Both the position numbers and the translations under genes were made by a program. Positions 40,485 through 51,809 of a stretch of 64,000 bases of DNA are shown here, piece after piece; the stretch's first letter is position 1, and each line of letters opens with the position of its first letter. Source of the stretch: Minisyncoccota bacterium (GTDB lineage Bacteria > Patescibacteriota > Minisyncoccia > Phycocordibacterales > UBA1006); assembly GCA_021734445.1 (NCBI GenBank), contig JAIPIY010000002.1, forward strand, positions 32,786 through 96,785, in the 5' to 3' direction. The notes beneath the pieces are model-generated. The model was not told where the DNA came from and searched no databases. It saw only the letters and a list, made by a program, of their open reading frames with translations.

Positions 40485-42308
40485 TTAATTCACAAAATGT
40501 TTTAATTTTTCTCTACCCAGAATATGAAGCTCAATGATTGCGCGCGTCAAAGCCACATACAAAATATCTTTTTGTATTCTTTTTCTTTCTTCGATATATT
40601 CTGCCAAGGCGCCATAGTGATACACAACTTCGAAACTTTCTTTGTGTATTCCTACAATAAATACAATATCAAATTCCACCCCCTGTGATTCAACCATAGT
40701 CAGTACATGAATATTTTTTGTATCTGCGAATTCTTTTCTAAAATCGATCAGATACGCATCATTCTTTGCCAGAATACCAATACTTCCCTTTTCATATGTT
40801 GGTATACATTCCTTGATATATGCTATTTCTTTAGGAATGGTATCTATAATTTTTTCTGTAACCACCGGACCCTGTTTTAACCCATCAGGGATTTCAATGC
40901 TATACCCCAATGTTTGAATGTAATCCAATATATTTTTTGTATTTCTATAGACTTTGCTTAGTCGGATATTTCGTTCCAGAGAAACATCTTCGTCAATGTC
41001 TTTCCAATTTTTTATGGTCCCCAATTTCACCTGCTGAGCTATATCCCCCACATATACAGAAGATTGTGTTTTTTCTTGTAAACAATTTTTGAAAATACGT
41101 AACTGTTCAGGAAGATAGTTTTGGAATTCATCTACAATCACCAAAGAATATGATATTAATGTATTTTCAGTTCTGTTGGTCAGTTTATCTTTTACCCATA
41201 CTTGATATTCTCGTTTTATTTCAAATTTTTTATACTTTTCAAAATATAATTTCAAAAGAATAGTCAAATCAAATCTATCCAATTTTTTCTCTTTTTTCTG
41301 TCGTGCAAATAGTTTACTATTCTGTGCTGAAAAATAATCTTCGTAATGAGAAAATAACGCGGTAAAATAATTCCTACTCCAAACAGAAGAAGTATTTTCT
41401 CGAAGTGCCTTTAATTTTTGATATTCATAGAGATCCTTTTCTTCGTCGTTATCTCCATATCTTTCGACATACGTATATCCCACCATATTCAGTACCAAAA
41501 ACGCCCATTCTGAAAATGTGGTTATGGTTACGTCTCGTATTCCCAATCCTGGTAACAGGGTCGAGAAATAATCTTTGGTTCCAGTATCTTGTACAAAGAT
41601 AACAATAGAACGTGGAGGATACAATTCTGCAGTATCTGGTGCCTGGGTCAGATACGCCACGCGGTGCAAAGCCAACGTTGTTTTTCCGGAACCTGCGGGT
41701 CCTGAAATAATCATCGGACCCTGGTGACTGGCACGAATAACCTGATCTTGTGCTTTTTCCATCTGAGCTACAATTTCAGGAAGAGCAAATTCTGATTTTT
41801 GTTTTGTAAAATATTCTTGATAGATCAATTCGCGGGGTTTGTTTTCAGATTCCAAAGAAAAGAAAAGTAATGTACCATCGACAATCATATATTGTTCTTT
41901 TTGTTTAATGGTTATTGTTTTTGTTTTCCCGCTGGGAAGTTTGTATGACACCTGACCCGGAGATTCAAAACGTATCGCCGCCACCGGCGCAACCCAAGAA
42001 TAAATGGACTGTTCAGAAAATTCATGTTTAGCAAAAAAGTATTCTTCCTCTTGCCCCTGTTCTGTTATGATTTTGCATTTTATAAAATACGGTGATCCAT
42101 CCAGATGATCCAGTTCAACTACCCGTTTTTGTGCATTTGCGCGCAAATCCATATATACCACCTGATCTGCTGGTGCCATTTTACTGATCTGGGATAAACT
42201 GGTATTTGCCAATGCAGTAACATTATGCAATCTTTGTTGAATTTTTTCTTTGATAAAACCAATATGTGATTTTACCTGTTCTATAAGCTCTTGTTTATAT
42301 TTTTCCAT
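40485..42308 (-). CDS. HelD-like SF1 helicase-family ATPase (RNA polymerase recycling factor)
   Basis: QDQVIR, GPAGSGKTTLALHRVAYL, VDEFQ, GDIAQ, YRNT, QGVEFD, LYVALTRA. Confidence 0.82.
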   Translation of the reverse strand: MEKYKQELIEQVKSHIGFIKEKIQQRLHNVTALANTSLSQISKMAPADQVVYMDLRANAQKRVVELDHLDGSPYFIKCKIITEQGQEEEYFFAKHEFSEQSIYSWVAPVAAIRFESPGQVSYKLPSGKTKTITIKQKEQYMIVDGTLLFFSLESENKPRELIYQEYFTKQKSEFALPEIVAQMEKAQDQVIRASHQGPMIISGPAGSGKTTLALHRVAYLTQAPDTAELYPPRSIVIFVQDTGTKDYFSTLLPGLGIRDVTITTFSEWAFLVLNMVGYTYVERYGDNDEEKDLYEYQKLKALRENTSSVWSRNYFTALFSHYEDYFSAQNSKLFARQKKEKKLDRFDLTILLKLYFEKYKKFEIKREYQVWVKDKLTNRTENTLISYSLVIVDEFQNYLPEQLRIFKNCLQEKTQSSVYVGDIAQQVKLGTIKNWKDIDEDVSLERNIRLSKVYRNTKNILDYIQTLGYSIEIPDGLKQGPVVTEKIIDTIPKEIAYIKECIPTYEKGSIGILAKNDAYLIDFRKEFADTKNIHVLTMVESQGVEFDIVFIVGIHKESFEVVYHYGALAEYIEERKRIQKDILYVALTRAIIELHILGREKLKHFVN

Positions 42309-42319
42309 AATTTTGTATT

Positions 42320-42342
42320 AAAAAAACCGCTTTTCGCGGTTT
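42320..42342 (-). terminator. Attenuator terminator between the leader peptide and the HelD-like gene
   Basis: AAACCGC-GAAAA-GCGGTTTTTTT ending 11 nt before the start codon. Confidence 0.75.
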
Positions 42343-42397
42343 ACGAGATCCTATTTGGGCCGATTTTATTTGAGTAATAATGTAATCCAAGTAACAT
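42341..42397 (-). CDS. Putative leader peptide MLLGLHYYSNKIGPNRIS
   Basis: ATG 7 nt after TTGCAT-17-TAAGAT; the stop codon overlaps the base of the terminator. Confidence 0.6.
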   Translation of the reverse strand: MLLGLHYYSNKIGPNRIS

Positions 42398-42529
42398 AAA
42401 AAACATCTTATCAAAAGATGCTTTTTAATGCAAGGGGCAACAATCCGTCAGTAACAATTATATTTTAAAAAGTACCCTAATTAACCCTTAACCTTCTAGT
42501 CTAATATTGACACTATAATCCTAGAAAAA

Positions 42530-43288
42530 TTAATTATTTAAACCACCTAACACAAGATTGATCATCATATCATCTTGGTCTTCCCTTTCATCGTTTTGTT
42601 CTTCCCGCTTCATTCTTTGATAAATTTTTTCCGTTTCTTCTTTAAATTTTTCACCTTGTTCACCTTTTAGCGTTTTGGCGTGTTCTATTCGTCTACCTAA
42701 AATTTTCATATTGCGTCGTCGCCAAAATTTTCTATCCTCTCTGTCTAATTCTCTTTTTGTCATCCTATCATAGTCACCAACCAAAATTCCCATTTCACGA
42801 ACTTCACCATTCCCATAAGTTGCCTTATAAAGAAATCTGTTATTTTCGGCAATCTCACCAAAGGGTACAACAAGACAAAATTCTGCAACTTCGAGACCCG
42901 TTGCTTTTTTATTTACAAGAGGTATTTCACTTATTATATATAGAAAATATTTACGGAATTGAAACCACTCATCTTTTGTGATTTCTTCAGGTAAATTATT
43001 TTCAATTAAAAAACTTTGTAATTCTTCTCTGAAAGTTTCTAGGGCAATTTTAGCTATACCTTCTGTGTTATCAAAATTAATTGTTTTTAGAAAATCAATA
43101 GCATCTTTTCTATCAAGTTTAGTATGTAAAACCCAACAACAATACATATATAAAGTAGAATATCTCTTAGAAGGAATTTGATCTAATTCTAACTTTTTCC
43201 TGATTTCACTAAGAATATAAATTACCTGTTTCTCTGAACGTATTAGAGATTTTAATTCTTTTGTGAGATTATTTAGTTTTTGATTCAT
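42530..43288 (-). CDS. Hypothetical protein in an AT-rich islet
   Basis: 252 aa, very AT-rich; YILSEIRK...LYMYCCWVLH. Confidence 0.7.
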   Translation of the reverse strand: MNQKLNNLTKELKSLIRSEKQVIYILSEIRKKLELDQIPSKRYSTLYMYCCWVLHTKLDRKDAIDFLKTINFDNTEGIAKIALETFREELQSFLIENNLPEEITKDEWFQFRKYFLYIISEIPLVNKKATGLEVAEFCLVVPFGEIAENNRFLYKATYGNGEVREMGILVGDYDRMTKRELDREDRKFWRRRNMKILGRRIEHAKTLKGEQGEKFKEETEKIYQRMKREEQNDEREDQDDMMINLVLGGLNN

Positions 43289-43360
43289 GCAATGATTTTA
43301 ATATAAATTATTAAGTTTTATACTTATTATATTAACTACTGATGATAATTCTACTTAGAG

Positions 43361-44257
43361 TTAAGCCGAAACACAGCCATTACATGATGCAGGCATATTT
43401 AGAGTCTCGAACTTTCCTGTTGTATCAGCTGATTCATTATCACTTGTAGAATATATTTCAAAAGTGTATTTTGTATTTGGTTCAAGCTTAAACTCCAAAC
43501 TATGCTCTCTAGTATTTTCCGAAGGAGATTTTAGGGATTTTATTATTTGACTAGAGTCAGTTTTGTATATTTTTATCCTACTATCTGACTTGTAATTTGT
43601 TTCCCAGCTAAGTGTACACGTATCAGCCAGACAACCCTGTCTTGTTACTGTTATTTTCAGAGGGTTTGATTTTGTTGTAAAATTAAAATTTTGATCCTTC
43701 CATGCATTATTAGCAATAGCAGTGATTGTACCAATATAATATAAATCACTTTCCAAACCATCAATATCTACATAGTGTATTGTTCCAACACCACGCTTGG
43801 AAAAATAACTCTTACCTTCAAATAATATCTTTGACTCACTCGGAATATTTGTTTTCCAGTTTACTCTTACTGAATTTGATTCTTCATCAATTGAAACATC
43901 AGATATAGACAAATCAACGGTAGGAGAAATTACAACTATTGGAGTAGCGGGTGGGGTATAAAGAGATACAGCAGTTATTGTGGGTGTCGATTTTATAGGG
44001 ATAGAGGTTTTCTTTTCTTCAAAATTAACCTTAGGAGTAATTTCCATTTTATCTTCTTGTAAACTTCTTTCTTTTGATGATTCTTCTTCAACTGGTATAA
44101 CCAGAGTGGTTTGTTGTACTTGTTCTTTTGTTGAAACCTTTTTAGCCCATGGCCAATGCCATGTAAATGGATTCCACCATGCAGCAAAAGTAATTTGAGG
44201 TATTACTAAAACAATAAACAGGAACATAAAAATAGTTTTTTTCAAATGTTTAGTCAT
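43361..44257 (-). CDS. Exported protein with two fibronectin type III-like repeats
   Basis: Signal peptide followed by AAWWNPFTW; VNWKTNIPSESKI and LSWETNYKSDSRI repeats. Confidence 0.75.
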   Translation of the reverse strand: MTKHLKKTIFMFLFIVLVIPQITFAAWWNPFTWHWPWAKKVSTKEQVQQTTLVIPVEEESSKERSLQEDKMEITPKVNFEEKKTSIPIKSTPTITAVSLYTPPATPIVVISPTVDLSISDVSIDEESNSVRVNWKTNIPSESKILFEGKSYFSKRGVGTIHYVDIDGLESDLYYIGTITAIANNAWKDQNFNFTTKSNPLKITVTRQGCLADTCTLSWETNYKSDSRIKIYKTDSSQIIKSLKSPSENTREHSLEFKLEPNTKYTFEIYSTSDNESADTTGKFETLNMPASCNGCVSA

Positions 44258-44388
44258 ATATTTTTTCTCGAGATAATCTCAATATAATAATATTAACATA
44301 TTAAGAATTATACAACAATTATTATCTCTATCTGCCAGCTCTCTCTTTGTGGTCAGGAATAATTCAAAGTAGTTTTAATTTGCTCGTG

Positions 44389-44460
44389 TGACCCCACGGA
44401 GGATCGAACTCCGATTCTGAGAATGAGAATCTCATGTCCTAGCCATTAGACGACAGGGCC
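44389..44460 (-). tRNA. tRNA-Glu(CTC)
   Basis: GGCCCTG...TGAGA-TT-CTC-AT-TCTCA...CGGAG-TTCGATC-CTCCG-TGGGGTC-A; no encoded CCA. Confidence 0.92.
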
Positions 44461-44583
44461 TGAATAACATACCCAGTGTACGTATTTTTATGGTCTTTCG
44501 CAAGTATACTATATTATTATTTTCTTCTTTTTATTCTTTATTCCCTCTTTACTTTTTACTTCTTTCTCTTTACTATAAACCCT

Positions 44584-45045
44584 ATGAAATTACACATCCT
44601 GGCGATTGGCAAGAAAAAATCAGACTACGACGCTATGATTGCCGAATACCAAAAACGCATCGTGTCCCCTTTTTCCCTATCGTTGGAAATTATAGAACCA
44701 TTGGGAATTGATAACCCCACACAATGCAGAACAAAAGAATCTGAAAAACTGGCAACCAAACTACAACCCGGAGATTATATAATTGCATTAGATGAAACTG
44801 GTAAAGATTTTACCACTGTTGCATTTTCACATCATATCGAAAAACAAATGCATACGGGTATCAAAAGAATGGTATGCATTATCGGCGGTGCATATGGCAT
44901 TGATGCACAATTGCAATCACAGGCACATTTGGTACTACGATTGGGTTCTTTTACGTTACCCCACGAACTGGCACGTTTGGTTTTAGCAGAACAATTGTAT
45001 CGTGTTACCAATTTACTGGGTGGTGGAAAATATCATCATGTATAA
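44584..45045 (+). CDS. rlmH: 23S rRNA pseudouridine1915-N3 methyltransferase
   Basis: LDETG, IIGGAYG, LGSFTLPHELARLVLAEQLYR, YHH. Confidence 0.95.
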   Translation: MKLHILAIGKKKSDYDAMIAEYQKRIVSPFSLSLEIIEPLGIDNPTQCRTKESEKLATKLQPGDYIIALDETGKDFTTVAFSHHIEKQMHTGIKRMVCIIGGAYGIDAQLQSQAHLVLRLGSFTLPHELARLVLAEQLYRVTNLLGGGKYHHV

Positions 45046-45081
45046 AAAAGCCCCCACCACTGATTAGTGACGGGGGCTTTT
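45044..45081. terminator. Bidirectional terminator (G.U pairs favour the minus strand)
   Basis: AAAAGCCCCCGTCACT...AGTGGTGGGGGCTTTT on the minus strand. Confidence 0.8.
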
Positions 45082-45097
45082 CTGGCCCAGAATATCC

Positions 45098-45229
45098 TTA
45101 TGACGGAATTCTTAATCGAAAAAGGAAATTCTTTCCCAAAGATTTTTTCTGACCAGAAAATTTGGCATGCATCCGTGCCAGGATGCGAAAATGTTGTCTT
45201 GTTGATACATTAGACGGTAATTTCTTCAT
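45098..45229 (-). CDS. Unannotated 43-aa basic small protein
   Basis: MKKLPSNVSTRQHFRILARMHAKFSGQKKSLGKNFLFRLRIPS; promoter TTGACT-18-TATGAT; matching terminator. Confidence 0.55.
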   Translation of the reverse strand: MKKLPSNVSTRQHFRILARMHAKFSGQKKSLGKNFLFRLRIPS

Positions 45230-45323
45230 GTGCGTAGTTTGAATGTTTAAAGCCATCATACAATATTTCTTATACAACAGTCAACCATCCAAGCAACCCT
45301 ATGAAACCATCCCGAATCATAGT

Positions 45324-46466
45324 ATGATGGACAACATGTTACGATTCATTACCCCTATACTATTTTTATTCACACTGATCAGTATTATCGCTCTTGGTTT
45401 TTTTATTTCATTAGTTATTCTTCGTTTTTTTGGGATTATCTCAAATCCATATTTATTTCGCGGATTAGCATTGTTGGGTATATTAATGCCGATTATTATG
45501 GCAGGGACCATGACGCTGGGTGGTGTTATATATCATCCCATAAACAATTTTTTTAATACCCTATCTGGTGGGTGGCTCACTTTTGTGAATTTCCTCTTTA
45601 TTGCATCGATTGGATTATCGTTGGTGTGGTTAATGGTGAATAAATTAGGTTACACAATTCCAGAGCAAATTATTGGGTATGGTATTTTATTTATTGGGAT
45701 TGGTGTCAGCATATTTTCTTTTTATAATGCTTCACGGTATGTTGTTCGCCATATTCCATTTTCTGAACATAATCTACCAGAATCTTTGTACGGTAAAAAA
45801 ATTGCCTTGGTGTCAGATATTCATCTGGGTATGATTCGTAAAAAATCTTTTTTGGAACGTATTACCAAAAGCATCATGGCAGAACAACCAGATATGATAT
45901 TGATCCCCGGAGATTTAATCGACGGACCTAAAATACCCTATGCTGATTTTCTATCTCCATTAGGTACATTATCTGCAGCAGATGGTATTTATTTCACCCC
46001 TGGAAACCACGAACAATATAACAAAGAAAATGCATTATTCTACGCATCTATACCATCCAATGTCACTACATTGATTGATGCAACCCATATTATTCCTGAA
46101 TTAGGTATTCAAATTGTAGGAATTGATTATGCGCGCGAATCTGTAGAAGAAACCAAAAACAGAATCACTCGTTCTGGATATACATCAGAAATGCCCAGCA
46201 TCACCCTGTTACACGACCCGAAAAATATGCAGGCAATGTCCGATGCAGGAATGTCATTTGTAGTTTCAGGCCATACACATGGTGGACAATTCTTTCCTGC
46301 CAGCATTTTGGTAAAACTTATTTATAAACAATACACACGTGGTTTTGCAGTAACAGGAACCATGCCTAGTTTTACAACAATAGGTGTAGGAACAGCCTTG
46401 TCGCCAGCCCGATTAGAATCGCGTCCAGAAATTATTATCTTCACGATAGAAAAACCAATGCAGTAA
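45324..46466 (+). CDS. Membrane-bound metallophosphoesterase (YkuE-like)
   Basis: SDIHLG, GDLID, GNHE, SGHTHGGQ. Confidence 0.92.
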   Translation: MMDNMLRFITPILFLFTLISIIALGFFISLVILRFFGIISNPYLFRGLALLGILMPIIMAGTMTLGGVIYHPINNFFNTLSGGWLTFVNFLFIASIGLSLVWLMVNKLGYTIPEQIIGYGILFIGIGVSIFSFYNASRYVVRHIPFSEHNLPESLYGKKIALVSDIHLGMIRKKSFLERITKSIMAEQPDMILIPGDLIDGPKIPYADFLSPLGTLSAADGIYFTPGNHEQYNKENALFYASIPSNVTTLIDATHIIPELGIQIVGIDYARESVEETKNRITRSGYTSEMPSITLLHDPKNMQAMSDAGMSFVVSGHTHGGQFFPASILVKLIYKQYTRGFAVTGTMPSFTTIGVGTALSPARLESRPEIIIFTIEKPMQ

Positions 46467-46469
46467 CCT

Positions 46470-47093
46470 ATGTTCGATGATTCTTTTCTTCATATTCTCG
46501 ATCAAGCCGAAGACCAAGCAAAAAATTTGGTATGGTATTCCCCTTCGCAAATAGAACGTGGAGATCATCTGAATGACGATCGGACAAAGGGTATGCGCCC
46601 ATGGAGTATCTCCCGAAAAACCGGTGAACTATTACACAATCTGGTGATTACAGAAAAACCAAAAATTATTGTCGAATTGGGAACCAGTATTGGATATTCT
46701 ACATTATGGTTGGCACATGCCGTACAACAACATAACGGACATATTCATACACTGGAAAGAATTCCAGAAAAAACGGCTATCGCAAAAGAACATATCCAGA
46801 ATACGAGTCTGCAAGATTCGGTTAGTTTTTATAATGGAGAGATTATCGATATATTACGTGAACAAAAATTTCAACCTATTGATATGTTATTTATGGATGC
46901 AGATAAAAGCAACTATGTTATGTATTTAGAATTCTTGCGACCGTATTTGTCACCCTATGCGATTATTATTATCGATAACGTACTGTCACATCCAGAAAAA
47001 ACAGAACATGCTGTGAATTGGTGCAAAGAACATATCGCACAAGAATCAAACATATTCCCCACCGAAAGCGGTATCTTTTTTTGTAAAACATAA
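46470..47093 (+). CDS. SAM-dependent O-methyltransferase
   Basis: VELGTSIGYS, FMDADK, IDNV. Confidence 0.9.
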   Translation: MFDDSFLHILDQAEDQAKNLVWYSPSQIERGDHLNDDRTKGMRPWSISRKTGELLHNLVITEKPKIIVELGTSIGYSTLWLAHAVQQHNGHIHTLERIPEKTAIAKEHIQNTSLQDSVSFYNGEIIDILREQKFQPIDMLFMDADKSNYVMYLEFLRPYLSPYAIIIIDNVLSHPEKTEHAVNWCKEHIAQESNIFPTESGIFFCKT

Positions 47094-47118
47094 AACCCGC
47101 CAAATGGCGGGTTTTATG
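47090..47118. terminator. Bidirectional terminator
   Basis: ATAAAACCCGCC-AAAT-GGCGGGTTTTAT. Confidence 0.8.
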
Positions 47119-47134
47119 TTTTATTTCATCTACA

Positions 47135-47557
47135 TTATTTTTTCCACTTTTTCGCAACATTCATACGAGATAATTCGCGATCCATAATAGCTTGGAATTT
47201 TGCAAAATCAACGTCAGCGACATTGTCTTTGCGTTCCATAGCCTCTTTGGCACGTTGGTATGCTTGTTCTGCTGCTTCACTATCAATATTTTCTGCATTC
47301 TCTGCAACATCCGCCAAAAGAACAATAGTATTATCAGGACGAATTTCCACAGTACCACCTGCAACATAGTGTGGTAATACTATTGAATCTTTTACGATTC
47401 GCAATTCTCCTGGTTTTACCACACTGATCATAGGAATATGAAATGGTAATACTGTAATTTCTCCTGATTGTGTAGGAATAGTAACCCGTTCAATAATATC
47501 ATCATATACGACTCGATCAGGGGTTGCTATTTTTAAGTGAATAGTATGATTGTTCAT
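47135..47557 (-). CDS. atpC: ATP synthase F1 epsilon
   Basis: IATPDR, GEITVLPFH; last gene of the operon. Confidence 0.95.
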   Translation of the reverse strand: MNNHTIHLKIATPDRVVYDDIIERVTIPTQSGEITVLPFHIPMISVVKPGELRIVKDSIVLPHYVAGGTVEIRPDNTIVLLADVAENAENIDSEAAEQAYQRAKEAMERKDNVADVDFAKFQAIMDRELSRMNVAKKWKK

Positions 47558-47596
47558 AAAGTAAGAAACATTTTTGGTAAAACCAAAAAATTGTAA

Positions 47597-49006
<1,410 letters not shown>

Positions 49007-49022
49007 CTATTAATAATATGCT

Positions 49023-49928
49023 CTATCCCAATGCGTTTGCTCCTGCGGAAATTTCTGCAATTTCTTGGGTGATCCCCGCCTGACGCGCCTTGTTAAATGA
49101 TAATTTCAAAGATTCTTGTAATTCCCCTGCATTCTCTGTTGCGTTTTGCATGGCAACCATTCGCGAACTGTGTTCGGATGCATAAGCATCCAAGAACACC
49201 TGATACATGACCCCCGTTAATAATTCTGGAATAACTGATTCCATTACTTGTTCTTCCGAAGGTTCAAATGTATATAATTTTTTAGATTCTCGTAAAGCTT
49301 CTTTTTTCTCGTGAGTAAGAGATTCACCCATAAGCATAAGATACAAAGATTCAGGCTGAATTGGTAATAGTGGTTTTATCTTTGCTTCGTAGGTTAATGG
49401 CTTAAGAAACTGTGTATAGGCAACAAAAACTTTTTGATATGATTCATCTTTCATGAACAGATCTTTCATTACATATACCAATTGAGAAGCATCTTCAATT
49501 CGGGCAAAATCTTTTATTTCTGTAAAAGAAGCTACTATAACAAGATTATTTCTTTTTGCAATTTTCTCAGCTTGTTTTCCTACGGTAACACATTCGATAA
49601 TTTCTGTTGGGTTGCTTTTTACATATTCTGAAACCCGACGAGAAACATTCACATTGTATCCCCCGCACAACCCCTTGTTCGAAGCGATAATAATACACAA
49701 TGTTTTTCCCGATACCCGTCGTGTCAGCATAGGATGTTCAACATTTCTCTTTTCAGACAAATTTACCAAAATCTCCAAAGCTCCCAATGCATAATCACGT
49801 GAAGATAAAGATGCTTCGACAGCGCGTCGCATTTTACTTGCGGCAACCATCTGCATAGTCTTGGTAATTTTTTTAATATTACCAACAGCTTTTATTTTTG
49901 ATTTAATTGCTTTTCCTTGTAATGCCAT
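49023..49928 (-). CDS. atpG: ATP synthase F1 gamma
   Basis: KITKTMQMVAASK, KGLCG, RQAGITQEI. Confidence 0.98.
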   Translation of the reverse strand: MALQGKAIKSKIKAVGNIKKITKTMQMVAASKMRRAVEASLSSRDYALGALEILVNLSEKRNVEHPMLTRRVSGKTLCIIIASNKGLCGGYNVNVSRRVSEYVKSNPTEIIECVTVGKQAEKIAKRNNLVIVASFTEIKDFARIEDASQLVYVMKDLFMKDESYQKVFVAYTQFLKPLTYEAKIKPLLPIQPESLYLMLMGESLTHEKKEALRESKKLYTFEPSEEQVMESVIPELLTGVMYQVFLDAYASEHSSRMVAMQNATENAGELQESLKLSFNKARQAGITQEIAEISAGANALG

Positions 49929-49937
49929 ATATACAGA

Positions 49938-51428
49938 TTAACGATTTTGTTTAAATTCTTCAATTGCTGATTTCAGATCACTTTCTTCTTGTTCGCTCCA
50001 GCCTTTTGTTAATCGATTCAATAAATCACCTTTTGCAGAATCAAGAAATGTATAGAAATCATGCTCCCAATCTGCAAGAATCGCGTTATCTACATCCATT
50101 ACGTATCCGTTATTTACTGCATACAAGATGGCTACTTGTTTTGCAACAGATACCGGCTGTAATTGTTTTTGTTTCAACACTTCAACCAATTTTCGTCCAT
50201 GGTCAATAGTTTTTCTGGTATCAGCATCCAAATCAGAACTGAATTGCGCAAAGCTTTCCAATTCACGGAACTGTGCCAATTGCAATTTCAATGGACCAGC
50301 ATTTTTCTTCATAGATTTAATCTGAGCAGATCCCCCAACACGAGATACCGAGTTTCCTACGTTAATCGCTGGTCGAATACCTTTGTTGAAAAGACTTGAT
50401 TCCAAAAAGATTTGACCATCTGTAATTGAAATTACGTTTGTTGGAATATATGCTGAAATATCTCCTGCTTGTGTTTCAATAATAGGTAATGCTGTAATAG
50501 ATCCCCCACCGTTTTCTTTGTTCAAACGACATGCTCGTTCCAACAGTCGAGAGTGTAGGTAAAAAACGTCTCCAGGATACGCTTCTCGTCCTGGTGGACG
50601 TCGAAGAAGTAATGATACTTCACGGTATGCAGTAGCATGTTTTGAAAGATCATCATAGATAATCAATACATCATCACCTGATTCCATAAAATATTCTGCC
50701 AAAGTAACACCAGCATACGGTGCAAGATAAATCATAGATGCAGGATCAGATGCGCCTGCAAGAACAATCGTAGTGTATTCCAAAGCACCATATTCTTTTA
50801 GTTGTTGTGCAATACGCATTACCTTTGATTTTTTTTGTCCAATGGCAACGTATACACATTTTACGTTTTGTCCTTTTTGGTTAATGATAGTGTCAATCGC
50901 AACAGCAGTTTTTCCTGTTTGACGATCGCCAATAATTAATTCTCGTTGACCACGCCCAACTGGCACCAATGCATCGATAGCTTTGATTCCTGTTTGCATA
51001 GGTTCGCTCACTGGTTCACGGGCCATTACACCTGGGGCAATTTTTTCAATAGGTCGTCGTTCTTTTGTTATCACTTCTCCTTGGCCATCTACAATACGCA
51101 TCAAAGGATCAACCACACGACCCAAAAAATCGTTTGCTACCGGAACCGAAAGAATTTCTTTTGTTCGTGTAACTCGGTCACCCTCTTTTACTTTTGTATA
51201 ATCACCCAAGATCATCGCACCTACATAATCGGCTTCTAGGTTTACTGCCAATCCGTAGTTTTCCGCACCAAAATCAAGCATCTCTGACATCTGACATGAT
51301 GCAAGACCGCTGATTTTTGCAATACCATCAGCAACCGATACTACGATTCCAAACTCTGTAGCATGGATATCTGCTGAATGCTTCTGTATTTTCTCTTTTA
51401 AATTTGAAATTATTGTATCGACACTCAT
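49938..51428 (-). CDS. atpA: ATP synthase F1 alpha
   Basis: [22 protein letters not shown]. Confidence 0.99.
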   Translation of the reverse strand: MSVDTIISNLKEKIQKHSADIHATEFGIVVSVADGIAKISGLASCQMSEMLDFGAENYGLAVNLEADYVGAMILGDYTKVKEGDRVTRTKEILSVPVANDFLGRVVDPLMRIVDGQGEVITKERRPIEKIAPGVMAREPVSEPMQTGIKAIDALVPVGRGQRELIIGDRQTGKTAVAIDTIINQKGQNVKCVYVAIGQKKSKVMRIAQQLKEYGALEYTTIVLAGASDPASMIYLAPYAGVTLAEYFMESGDDVLIIYDDLSKHATAYREVSLLLRRPPGREAYPGDVFYLHSRLLERACRLNKENGGGSITALPIIETQAGDISAYIPTNVISITDGQIFLESSLFNKGIRPAINVGNSVSRVGGSAQIKSMKKNAGPLKLQLAQFRELESFAQFSSDLDADTRKTIDHGRKLVEVLKQKQLQPVSVAKQVAILYAVNNGYVMDVDNAILADWEHDFYTFLDSAKGDLLNRLTKGWSEQEESDLKSAIEEFKQNR

Positions 51429-51433
51429 AATAG

Positions 51434-51808
51434 TTAAGAAGTTAACACGTTAGTAAGTCTAATAAGCTGTGTTGAAACGCTGGCATCATATCGCACACCA
51501 TTGTGTTCCATAATAAATCCCCCGATCAAATCTTTGTTTTGCTGGCGTGAACCAACCGTCTTTGCACCCAATATTTTTTTTATTTCTGATACAAAAGATT
51601 CCTGCAATGGATATGCCGAGATAATGTCTAAACTCTCTTGTGCAGAATCCCGTGCATGCATATGTTCTACATGATATAAAACAGAATCCAGTAACGGCAT
51701 CAGATGATGCGATTGCAAATATGACACCAGATTCTCTACAATATTTTTATTTGCAGTATCTTGTGCTAATTCATATACTACACGAGCAATTGCGTAAGAA
51801 TTTACCAT
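51434..51808 (-). CDS. atpH: ATP synthase delta (short form)
   Basis: SAYPL, LIGGF..YDASV; operon position. Confidence 0.85.
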   Translation of the reverse strand: MVNSYAIARVVYELAQDTANKNIVENLVSYLQSHHLMPLLDSVLYHVEHMHARDSAQESLDIISAYPLQESFVSEIKKILGAKTVGSRQQNKDLIGGFIMEHNGVRYDASVSTQLIRLTNVLTS

Positions 51809-51809
51809 A

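Noticed and set aside
42430-42530. att-site duplicate of the tRNA-Glu 3' end
   Set aside because: No TGACCCCACGG-like copy was found by eye, so no mobile element was called.
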